A DNA stretch of 64,000 bases from Parasitella parasitica NRRL 2501 (taxonomy: Eukaryota; Fungi; Mucoromycota), in assembly GCA_025201805.1 (NCBI GenBank), contig MU619336.1:1-64000 (forward strand), read 5' to 3'. Under the pieces are notes generated by a model. It did no database searches. It had not been told where the DNA came from and saw only the letters and a list, made by a program, of their open reading frames with translations. Both the position numbers and the translations under genes were made by a program. Position 1 is the first letter of the stretch; every line of letters starts with the position of its first letter. This document shows, one piece after another, positions 36,992-48,619 of this stretch.

Positions 36992-38557
36992 CTAATCATG
37001 GTGGCTGCCTGTGCAAGTTACGAGTCCAACAATGTTTTTCCAGAAACCATGCTTCTCTTTTCTTTCCTTTGCATTTGCTTTTTTAGGGTCATTGAGGGGC
37101 ACATAAGCAGGTACAGAGGGCATGTCATTGTTAGTGGTGTGAGTTACGGTTGGTTTATTACGATCCTGAGCAGTAGGTGTTCTTGCTCTTTTGCTATTCT
37201 GGTTCTTTGGTTGAGATTGGTGATGATGACCTGATCTTCTGGCACGAGCTTCCCTCAATTTGTTGAATCGATTCTGGTTGATTGGAAAATGAGTTAGATC
37301 TCCTTTATATTTCATTGTTGTTTTGTATAAAATTACCTCCCATCCTTTTCCATCGTTCAGCAAGACCCAGTCGTATACCTCATCGTCTTGTTCATCTTCA
37401 TGTTCTAGTATCTTGTCAAACAAACCTCGTAAGAAGTCGTAATCCGGAGTCTCCTCAAAGCCCAACTTTCTAACATATTGAAGATAGATACCAAATTCGT
37501 CTGTGGAAAAAAAAATCAGCTGTCAAAAAAAAAAAAAAGGGCTATTGCTAATTTGAAACTTACCTGGGAAACCATCACAAAGATCCTTTACTGCTGTACT
37601 TTGCTTTTTATCGCCAATCTTTTCGTACTTTTGCTTGTTGGTTGCTGCTTTCAATCCCTGCCATGGCAAGGAGCCTCTTAAAAAGTACATGAAAACATGA
37701 CCAAGAGCTTCTAAATCATCACGTCTCGACTGCTCTACGAAAAAGGAGATTTGTTTAATAAAGGGGATTTCGATGAAAAACAAATGTTGTATTATAGAAT
37801 ACCTCTTCCCAAATGAGTATTGATACTCATGTATCTTGCAGTTCCTGACAAGCTCCTGCGCTCCCTGTAAGGAATATGCTTCTTTGTCTTGGGATCACGA
37901 TAAGATTTGGCCATGCCGTAATCGACCATAAATACCATGTTTGCGTATTTTGTTCCGGGTCGTCCAATCAAGAAATTATCAGGTTTGATGTCTCTGTAGA
38001 TCAAACCGCATTTATGAACACTTTGGACACGGGTTATCTACAGTCGAGTTGGTGAAATGTATGCAAATCAAGGTAGAGAACTCACCATTTGTTTCGCCAC
38101 CATTGCAACTGTCTTGATTGATAATTTACGATTGCAAATGTCGAATAAATCTTCCAAGCTTGGGCCTAATAAATCAATGACCATAACGTTGTGGAGTCCC
38201 TCATGACCAAAGTAATACGCTTTAGGAACACCAGCTAATTTTGATATTTATAATTTTACAGTCAGTAAAGCAAATTATAAACAAAGAAAACAAAAATAAA
38301 TAATACTTACTGGTGTCTTTTAGCTTTTCATAATTACGAAACTCATCTCTTAATTGAGGCACGTCTGTTTTTCTTGGTTCGAATTTGATAGCGACCAACT
38401 GGTTGTTCGAAAGGTTGAGCCCTTCGTAAATCACACCGAAACTGCCCTCACCAAGCTTTTTGCCAACTTGATAATGAACACCAACGATGGAGCTTGTTGT
38501 AGATGTAGCGCTATGGCTACTAGATTTCTCTGTTATACTCTGTGATAGCTTTTCCAT
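36992..38557 (-). CDS. Casein kinase I (Yck/Cki-type), multi-exon
   Basis: '[16 protein letters not shown]', '[13 protein letters not shown]', '[16 protein letters not shown]', '[12 protein letters not shown]', 'LPWQGLKA'. Confidence 0.95.
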
Positions 38558-39300
38558 TGTGTATCTATTCTATGTTATAGTCAAATTGTTTTATTTTTAA
38601 ATAAAAGGAGGGGTAAAGATTGTATTTATAGCAAAAAGTGTAGAAAAAGGGAAAGAAAGAAAAGAAGAGGAAGAGACGAATCAAGAAAATTTTGTTACAC
38701 GGAATAATGAAGTGCGGGAGTTTCGAAGGACTAGATGGAAACACAAAAATAGGGTTAAAACGAGTTTGTTGTCAATTGATTGGTTTAGATGGTGATTATG
38801 ATACATACGGTAGCATGTTATATTTATACACAAGTGATTCACAGAATCAGTATGTGCTATGCCATTTGGCCACAATCCATTTGCTTTGCGGTCTGCTTAG
38901 ACAGCATTGATTATATAAAAGCTTGACACAAAATCATTTGCAAAAACACTTGATGTTATTGTGGAGAACAAAGATGTAATTTTTTTAAGGAGAATCAAAG
39001 CTGAAGCTTGTGCTTTATACTGAAATTGGAGGTCGACACATTCAAATTCATGCTAATTTGTAAGAGAAAATTTATATAGTCATACCAGAAAAACTTTTGA
39101 GATGCCTTCTCCGATCTTTCCTCGTTGCAAAGCAGTTCTGGATATTATAATCTAGGAGGCAATATCTATACCGTCCATTCTGGAAAAAATCTTGAAAAAG
39201 CTGGCCATTGCATTTACTGTTGACAGGAATAGCTTGATAATCATCATTTGAGGTCATTAGAAGATACTGCAGCAGCGAATCACTATCAATTCAATTATTA

Positions 39301-39302
<2 letters not shown>

Positions 39303-39342
<40 letters not shown>
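39303..39342. repeat. (AC)n microsatellite
   Basis: About 19 consecutive AC units. Confidence 0.95.
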
Positions 39343-39344
<2 letters not shown>

Positions 39345-39880
39345 CATAAATGAGCCATGCTTGAAAGTGCATGCAAAGAAAAAAAAAAAATTATTATCGA
39401 GAAATATGTAAGCTACCATACAAAAAAAAAAAAAAAAAAAAAAAAACGGTTTTTTGAAGAAAACTCAATTTTTACGATAAACAAAAAAGCAAAAAGCATT
39501 CAGGGCAGCAATTCAAGTCGCTTGCTTGGCTGTTGTGAAGCTTGAAAAGCTATGATTAGAAATTTTGTTTTAACTTAATTTCTACGGGAGCACCCTCGTG
39601 GATCATCCGAAAAATAAAGGTTTCTTTCAGATATTACGACAAAAAGTAGCTGTAGACAATGTTTAGCGTAAATGGATAGTTCCGAGCCCATTAGACCTAC
39701 TAAATTCTAAAAGTATACTATCAAAATTGATGAGAAGAGAGAGGGGACGGAAATAATTAAGAATGTTTACAGTTTTCTGATGATCATGACGATTAGGAAA
39801 TATACAAGAGTATATTTAAAGAAATGTACATAGACGGGCAATTTGCACTTTTTCTTATACTTGATCTTGTCGACTTTGTG

Positions 39881-42067
39881 ATGAGAAAGACTTTATCAAT
39901 TTTATTGTATGTTACTGCTCTCATCACAGTGACCCAAGCGAAATTGCATCGCTATGAATTCAACATTACATCCACAAATTTGAATCCAGATTGCCATCAA
40001 CAAGGCTATTCTGTACCACTGGTCAATGGTCAATTTCCTGGGCCAACCATATATGTCAATCAAGGTGATGAGGTAGAAATTCTTGTTCGGAACCTTGTTC
40101 AGACGCACAATACCAGTATTCATTATCACGGTATTCGCCAAATCGGAACACCTGAAGCAGATGGTGTACCAGGGATCACACAGCATCCAATCACGCCCAA
40201 TGGCGCTTATCTGCATAAATTCAAAGTTCATGACCAAGCAGGCACTTATTTTTATCATGCACATGTTGGATTACAAGATGATTCAGTCAAGGGCGCATTC
40301 ATTGTTTATGAATCAGATAAAGCTAACCCTGCATTTCAAAAATCCGAGCTTCAAGCTGGCCCATACAAATACAAGAAAGACTTGATCCTGCAAGTGAGCG
40401 AATGGTGGCATGACGAGCTCAAGAGTCGTGAAGACTACTATATGAGTGATCATTTTGTCTTTGATCATGGTGCAGATAGTATTTTGATAAACGGCCGCAC
40501 CGTCTTTGATCCCAATCAGAAGGGCCTATCAGCCAAGAACTGCCAGGGTTATACTACCTTTGATGTTGAGCCCAATTCTACCTATCGCTTGCGTATCATT
40601 GGAGCTACTACCTTTAGAACATTGGCTGTGGGCATCAAAAGCCACAACATGACACTAATTGAAATTGACGGTGAATTGACGCACCCTTACAACACATCGT
40701 TTTTGGAAGTGTCTCCAGGCCAACGTTACTCGGTGCTGCTACAAACAGGGGATCATCCACCTGGTACAACATTTGCCATTGGAACTAGCTATGTTTGGCG
40801 TCAACGAGGTCATGGTATTACAGAAAACGGTTTTGGTTATATTCGGTACACAGCCCCTTCCAACAAGTCGACTCAACAGCCAGAAAGTACAAACTTGTTC
40901 AAGCCGCTTCATAGATGGAACCAACCCTCAATAGAGCCCCGTTCACTGGAGACTCGTGCTGAATGGTTGGGCGATTTCCATGCTCAAGACCATCCATCAT
41001 ATTATCAAGATCAAGAGCCAAGACATTTGTATCAAGAGCAGGATTTACATGCCGCTGCTGCTGCTGTTGATACTGCTGTCATCAAAGGCAATTCAACCAT
41101 TAATGCTAAAAAGTCACCAAAAGACAAGCCTGTGAACGATACAAAAGACAAAGCGCTAAATGATGGGAAGAACAATCAAAATCGTCCAGGTGGAAAGGCC
41201 GGTCAAGGGGAAAGGCAAGACGGCAGAGGTAATCAGGGTAACAAACAAGGAGGTTCGGAAGGCCAAGCTGGTCAAGGTGGTGGACAAGGCGGTGGACAAG
41301 GCGGTGGACAAGGCGGCGGAGGCCGCCCTCGTAAGACAGAGAAAATCTACATTGATCTACCAGCATTCCCTAAAATCGATGAGCCAGATTGGTTTTATCA
41401 CAATATCAAGCCTTTAGCACCTCGCAATCCAATTTTGGATCATACAAATGTGCGCACAATAGAGCTTACTACTAGCTATCGCAAAATGGCTGATAACACA
41501 ACCCGTTATATGGTGAATAACAGGGTCATGTCTCAACCTTCAGTCCCTAGGCTATTAAATTATGGAAATGTCAAGCAATCCAAATTGACAGGAAGCAGGG
41601 CATACAATGCTCAATTGGATACATACCCTATCAATGCCAACGAAACTATTGATTTGGTGTTTCAAAATACGCTAAACACGCAAGGTGGTTGTCTGATTCA
41701 TCCTTGGCATACACATGGTCATTCACATTATCTGATTGCTTCTGGTGAGGGACAGTATGAGCACAAGAGAGACAAGGATATAAGAAATTTCAAGTTTCCG
41801 CTGTACAGAGACACGACTGCCGCATACCCTTCTCTTCCTTCTAATTCGACAAAGGGATGCGGCTGGACAAAAGTTCGACTTGTAGCTGTAAATACATACA
41901 TGCATATATATATATACAAATGGCACCAAAGCTAACATTTTGTGTAGGATAATCCAGGTTTCTGGGCGGTGCATTGTCACATCACAACACATATGATCCA
42001 GGGCAAGATGATTGTGCTCGAGGAAGCACCTGAATTAATAAAAAAATACCAAAGATATCAAAAATAA
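39881..42067 (+). CDS. Secreted multicopper oxidase (ascorbate oxidase/laccase-like, AA1), 2 exons
   Basis: Signal peptide MRKTLSILLYVTALITVTQA; copper motifs 'HYHG', 'YFYHAH', 'HPWHTHGH', and 'DNPGFWAVHCHITTH' in exon 2. Confidence 0.93.
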
Positions 42068-42130
42068 AGCTTTTATTATTATTATTTTTTCTTAATACAG
42101 TGCTCTAATGTTCTATCATGTTGTTTTGCA

Positions 42131-43569
42131 TTACTCTTCCATGGCATCCCCGTTCTTCTTTTGTTTCGCTTGTTCTCCAATAGCTATTAAAAAGGACTCT
42201 ACACTGTTACCTGCAGAAGGATCCAACCCTAATTGAGATAACAAAGGTCCTAGTTGGCCTGTTTGTAATGCAGCGCTGAGGCTTTGCAATGCTTGACTAA
42301 ATTGAGGGCTTTTTACAACTTGCCTGACCTCCTCGGCCGTTCGTTCTGATTCCTCGGGCAAAAAGGGGAATAGTGATGCACAAATTTCAGAGTCATTTAG
42401 AAGAGGGGTGAGCGAATGTGTTGTCAAAATGTCACTCAATGCGATAGGTTGCGATCCCTCTAAGTAATGAGTTAGGCGTGAAACGCATCGTGCCAAAGTA
42501 AGACTATCTTACCAGTAGGTCTAACGTTTGCCAGTATTTGGTGAAGCTGATCCAGCTGTTTACTTGACTGTTGATCGGTAGATGCAGCAAGTGCTTGAGC
42601 AGGAGGAGCGACGGGTGTAGGAGTCGGTTCAGGTACACTGGTGGTGGTAGAAACTGGTGCTGTAGCACGAGCAGTAGCAGGAGAAACTGCTGTCTCCGTA
42701 GGCTCATATTCGTCGTCCTCATCGCCTTCGTCTTGTGTGTCGCCTGATCTACGAATGTTGTTCATATAAGAATGCTATTTTTATGTATAACCGAGTTGTC
42801 CACGTACCCGTTTATACTATTCAGAAATTGTAAAAGGTTCTCAGGAGTAATATTAGGGTCTAAATCATCGAGAAATTAGCACGAGTAGCAAAAAGGACTG
42901 TAGGTTGCTCTTTTTACCTTGAATTTCAACGCCATCCAAGAGTCGCATTAGCTCAGCATGCGATTTTGGTTGGCCAAACCTCGAAGACGCATTCATGTTG
43001 GCTTCAGGATCACGGATAAGCTCATTAACACGTTCTGCGATTTCTTTATCCTTCTCACCCGTTTTACTTTGCATCCAGTAGAAATGGCGTTCGTTGGACG
43101 TTTTGAATAGTAAGAGATAAACACGGCCCGTTGTGCATTGAGTGATTTGGCGAAATTCAGCTTCATCAGGGAATATAATAAGGTCCTAATTGTGTCATTT
43201 ACTTTACATCAGTACAGTTGTTAACCTGCATTTTGCTAGCCATGTTGTTTGCTTACGTCTTCGGCAACAGCTTGACTTTTGCGCTCTTTCCAGTACAAAT
43301 GTAATAATCTATCCTCGCCCTGATCCATCAAAATGTAAATACACTTTTCATAGTAATATATCTGTACCGTAGATGTACCTGATCCATGTAAATTTGGCTA
43401 TAAACAAAGTTCCCGTATTAGCTTTATACCAAATGCCATAAAGTACAACAAAACAAACAACTTGCCCCTTTCTAGTGTCAGGTTTAATCCAAGTGCCACT
43501 GACGATGCATTTACCAGCATTGAATTGGACCAGATGAGTCTCTGCAGGAGTAGTTTGAAACAAATTCAT
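42131..43569 (-). CDS. RPN13: Proteasome ubiquitin receptor Rpn13/ADRM1, multi-exon
   Basis: Pru domain 'LVQFNAGK..KPDTRKGQIYM..LHLYWKER..DLIIFPDEAEF..TGRVYLL..RHFYWMQ'; C-terminal 'SPQFSQALQSLSAALQTGQL'. Confidence 0.92.
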
Positions 43570-44283
43570 AACGTATATATTGATATAAACTTGAACAGTA
43601 AAAATGAAAAGAACAGAGAAAACTTTTTTTTTTTTTTGTTTTTCAGAACTTTAACAAAGCATTTGCTTCTGCTCGCGACGTCACGTAGACGGGTCTGTTG
43701 CGAGGCATGAGCGAGAGATCTACCGCATAATCGACGTAATATCATTGGGAATAATGCTATTATACACCCAAGCAGCAGGGAGTGAGCACGTTGATCGAAA
43801 ATCATACATCTGAGAACTCGACAGATTTACACCAGCGAATATTCGCTTTATTTTGATACCGGAATTCACCAGAAAGTACGACATTATAGCCGATCCACGT
43901 TTATATATACAGTATTTCAAGTAAAATGTCATTAAACAACATGTTTGCATCCAATTTCAGCTTACTTTTTGCCTTGATGTAAATTTCTGCTAAACCCTCA
44001 AGTGAAGCAAATGGCAACTTGCGATCTCTCGGGGGAGAAGCAGCGCTACTGCTGCCAGACAAAGGAAGCTTCCAGTGTGAATGTGAGCATCTACAAAGTA
44101 TCACCAACAGTCCCGCCTCAACAATCTCACGTAGATGTGCACAAAGTTTCCCACGGCAGTTGGTACTTGATTTATATTCCAATCGATTCTGCTCGTTCTC
44201 CATATTGTCTTTCTTTTCCTGAAATCCAGGGCAATTCTATATACCAACTTTTGGCTGCAATTTTCAAAAAGAACCATAGTAGT

Positions 44284-45830
44284 ATGTACTTGAGATCATT
44301 CAAATCAATCTCCTCCTCCTCCGTCGCATCATTTTCTTTGGCACGTCCTTCGAGCAGACTATTTCTCACGGTAAAAGCGAGCATGTTGAATTCATCTCAA
44401 AGCTAACCCTGACCATGTCTATAGCCACGCAAGCACCCTACATCCGCTCGCAATTTCCACCAGACGTTCGCAAAGGACGCAATCAAGCCATTTCTTTTAG
44501 CTGATATCGGTGAAGGCATTACTGAATGTGAAGTAATTCAATGGTAAGATGGTGTGCTATGTGTATCCGCCGAAAGTCGACTAATGTGAGCGTTTAGGTT
44601 CGTGGAACCTGGGTCTACAGTAGCCGAGTTCGACAAGATTTGTGAGGTCCAATCAGATAAAGCGTCTGTCGAGATTTCTTCGAGATACGCTGGTAAAATT
44701 CTGAAGCTGCATCATGGGCTGAATGACATTGCCAAGGTAGGGTCACCCCTAGTAGACATAGAGACAGAAGACGACGATGAGCAAGTGGTCGCACAACCCG
44801 AAATCCCACCCCAGACTGTCAGTCAACCACCTTTGAAGGAAAAGGATAGATCAAAATCCATTGTACCTGCATCTGCTTCTGTTCTGGCAACTCCAGCCGT
44901 GAGAAAATTAGCAAAGGATAAGGGCATTGAAATTTCAAGTGTAACAGGCTCTGGCAAAGACGGAAGAATATCAAAGGAGGACATCTTGTCCTTTGGCTCA
45001 GAGACAGAGACAACTGGTAAGTGTCAACCGCTTCATGTCGAGGAAAGGGAAGCAATTAATGTCATCCAAAAATAGTTGGCATCAATGTCAGTGATTTTGT
45101 TGCAGCTCCCCAGTCGCTCAGCATGGTACAAAAGGCGATGTTCAAGTCGATGACACAATCGCTCAGTATTCCTCAGTTGGGATACAAGGATGATATTGAA
45201 ATTGATGCCACCACTAAATACCGCGCAGCGTTGAACAAGCACATCAGCAGCCATCCCGATCGCTATTCTTTTTCCAAAATGACATACTTGCCAATCTTTG
45301 TCAAATGTCTCTCTGTTGCACTGCACCATTATCCCATCATGAATGCAAAGCTCTCTGGGGATCTGAACGATGTCAATTCCATTCAAATCACATATAGGCC
45401 CTCTCATAACATTGGTATTGCCATGGATACGCCTCAGGGTCTGGTTGTTCCCAATATAAAGAATATACAAGACAAGACAATTTTTGATATTGCTGCTGAA
45501 ATTCACCGTTTGCAAGAGTTGGGTAAGAAAAATGCGATTCCAATGTCGGATATGAAGGGTGGTACTATAACGCTGTCCAATATCGGCACAATTGGCGGCA
45601 CCTATGCAAATCCTGTGATTGTGTCTTCTGAATTGGCTATTGTAGCCCTTGGAAAAATGCAGAAACTACCTCGTTTTGACTCGAATGACAATATTGTCGC
45701 AAAGCAAGTTATGCCAGTGAGCTGGTCAGCAGACCACCGCATCATTGATGGTGCTACCATCGCTAGATTTGGAAATCATTGGAAGAGCCTGATAGAAAAC
45801 CCTGCCTTGTTGGCTAGTGATTTGCGATAA
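44284..45830 (+). CDS. DBT: Branched-chain 2-oxoacid dehydrogenase E2 (dihydrolipoamide branched-chain transacylase), multi-exon
   Basis: Mitochondrial presequence; lipoyl domain 'LADIGEGITECEVIQW..CEVQSDKASVEISS'; 'LATPAVRKLA'; catalytic 'SWSADHRIIDGA'. Confidence 0.95.
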
Positions 45831-46333
45831 TACCGTAACCTAATCAATGAAAGAGATGAAAAACATTTTGGCTTAGCCAACTGCTGGCTTATTTCTTGAT
45901 GCATAGATGTGACGATAGTGTGCATATATTTGATTCAAATATGCATACAAGCCAGGAATAAACATTTATTGCGCCAGAGCTTTGCGTGATCTGGTGTAAA
46001 ATTCGCAATCAACCTTGCGTAATCTGTTTTCTGGCCTTTGTTTTTTTTTTTTTCTTTTTTTACAGAACGGAGGCTTGTAGTCATGAGAACGACATTCATG
46101 CGCACATCTTGTGTCTGACTTTTTAAGGATTTTCTAAATGAGATCTCAGGAGTATCTGGCTGTGTTGACCACTATATTTACTTGTTATCATACAAGCCTT
46201 GTACTTTAAATGCAACGAATTGTGACTAAATAGGGATTGCATTGCATATCGAAGAGTATATATATATCAAGCATTTCTGCTTTTTTCGTTTCTTTTCTCT
46301 ACTGAAAAAACAAAACAAAAAAACTTGTTTAAA

Positions 46334-48528
46334 ATGGGTGGTATTTCTTGCTATTTTCAATTCGATCAGAGTCAAAATAAAGCTGTGCTTGATGAAGAAA
46401 ACTTGCGAAAGTCTCTTGAATACATCAATCATCGTGGGCCTGATTCCAGTGGCGCATACGTTTCGCCTTGCGGTCGTTCTGGTAAGTTTACCCTTGATTC
46501 GCATAAAGGGACCAAATCTAATGTACCCTTTGTTTCACAGGTCTCGGTCATGTTCGTCTGTCAATCAATGATCTAGATCACGGTCAGCAGCCTTTGTCAA
46601 ACCAAGAAGGTGATGTGCATGTTGTCGTCAATGGAGAATTTTATGAATACAAGCGTATAAGAAGTGAGCTCCAGGCCAAGGGCTACGAATTCAAGACTGA
46701 AAGCGATAGTGAGATTGCTTTGTGCTTGTATCAGGAGTATGGGCTGTCTTTTCTTGATCATTTGCGTGGTGAATTTGCCATCTGTATCTGGGACGCAAAG
46801 AAATGCCGTTTCATCGTCGCCAAGGACAGATTTGGTGTCAAACCCTTGTACTTTACTATGGCCAAAGGGACACTGTTAGTTGCAAGCGAAATCAAAGCTT
46901 TTCTCCCAATGGACTGGGTACCTGAATGGGACGTAGACTCGTTATTGAACAACGGTGTCATGTTCGACTTCCGAACAGCATTCAAAGGTGTCAATAAGTT
47001 GCCTCCTGCCCATTACATGGTCGCTACATCTACCGGCAATATTCAAATCAGGCCCTATTGGTGTCAAAAATATCCAAACAAAACTATAAAAGAGACTCGC
47101 AGCGTAGATTCGATGATACAGGGAGTCCGAGAACGTTTAGTAGAGGCCGTCAAGCAAAGACTAGTGGCCGATGTCCCAGTAGGAATTTACCTTGGCGATG
47201 GTATTGATAGCTCTTGCATTGCTGGCATTGTTCACGATATTAGAAAGAAAGATCAATCGAGCGAAAAGGTCAAGGGATTTTCGCTATCTTTTGTAGGCGA
47301 TGATGACTCCAATGGAAGTTCCGTTGCTGAGAGAACTGCACAGTTCTGCGAGACTGATTTTGAGGTCCTGAAAGTAACAGAAAGCGACCTTTTGAATAAC
47401 TTTGAAGAGTCGGTGTGGCATGTGGAGCAACCTCATTTCAATTTAAATGGTGTCGGAAAATATATGCTCTCCAAGATGGTACGAGACCAAGGTTACAAGG
47501 TTGTTTTATCTGGTGAAGGAGCCGATGAGCACTTTGCTGGCTATCCTCATTACCAGCCTGATTATCTGCAAGAACCCGATCTTACTTCGCCAAACGGCTT
47601 TGGTACACTTTCAAACGAGGAGCGCATCAAGAAGCTCGGGATTCTTGGTATGCAGCAAGCTTCCAAGACGCAGAGTCAAGAAAAACGCTATGCCGGAAAC
47701 AAGAGCGTGGTGCACAAGATGGTCAATAACACAAGCGGTCCTACTCTTTTGGAATCAAACTTCACACTGACACCTACGTTCTTCTCCAAGGCAGCTATAG
47801 TAAAATACGGAAGTCCCAACCCTGCACTTGCTATAGCAGAAGCATTGAATGGCATATCACGCAATAATGCAGCTAGTAAATGGCATCCGATCCACACTGC
47901 CATGAGCGTCCAATGCACTACTTTCCTCCCCAATTGGGTCTTGAATTCGTTAGGTGATCGTGCTGAAATGGCTCATTCTGTAGAAGCACGTCCTCCCTTC
48001 TTGGACCATAATCTTTGCGATTATGTCAACAGCCTTCCCCCCTCTGTCAAAATTAAAGCTGATCAAGATGGAACTTTAGTAGACAAATGGATTTTAAAAG
48101 AAGCTGCTAAACCTTACGTAACAGAAGAAGTCTATAATAGCACACAAGGTTCTCTCTCTGTAGTGCCACCATCAAAATCTCCAAATAGTATGTTTATCAC
48201 TTTACTTGACAAGTACATAACGAAGGAAAAGATCGAAAGACTGGGCTGGATCGATTATGAAGTCGTCAAGGAAGCAAAAGAAAACTATTGCAAAGCCAAT
48301 GATTTGAAAACTTATCAGGATCTTTTGATTACCATGTCGTATGTAGTGATTTCAGAGAGATTCAACGTTGCAACCTCAACTTTTGAGAAAGTTACCTTTA
48401 CCAAACATCGTTTTGCGAACAAGAAGCCATCTAAGCTTCCTGCTAACGCAGTTTCTTCTCTGCTCAAAAAGCTTGCAATCTCTGTGGTAGTTATCGCCCC
48501 CATTGTTTACAGCTCATTTTTTCTTTGA
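46334..48528 (+). CDS. Asparagine synthase (AsnB)-like protein with degenerate catalytic motifs and C-terminal hydrophobic tail, 2 exons
   Basis: 'HRGPD', 'GHVRLSIND..GQQP', 'VVNGEFY', 'DRFGVKPLY', 'VVLSGEGADEHFAGY', 'DRAEMAHSVEARPPFLD'. The N-terminus is MGGI rather than MCGI. Confidence 0.88.
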
Positions 48529-48619
48529 TTTTTTCTGCTCTATAGTATAAAAGTACAGAGTAAATGTCATCATTTTCATAATTACAGAATAAAAAGACTT
48601 TATGCAAATATTATTTTGT

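Noticed and set aside
43810-43840. ctgagaa...accagcgaa resembles a TPP riboswitch core upstream of BCKDH E2
   Set aside because: The P2 3' strand is missing and the P5 stem cannot pair; likely chance.
43901-44384. Minus-strand ORFs between RPN13 and DBT
   Set aside because: No recognisable domain, and they partly overlap the DBT first exon; treated as divergent promoter DNA.
35322-48528. Possible biosynthetic cluster (MIOX, oxidase, acyltransferase, amidotransferase)
   Set aside because: The genes are interspersed with housekeeping genes (CK1, RPN13), there is no backbone enzyme or pathway regulator, and the amidotransferase looks inactive.
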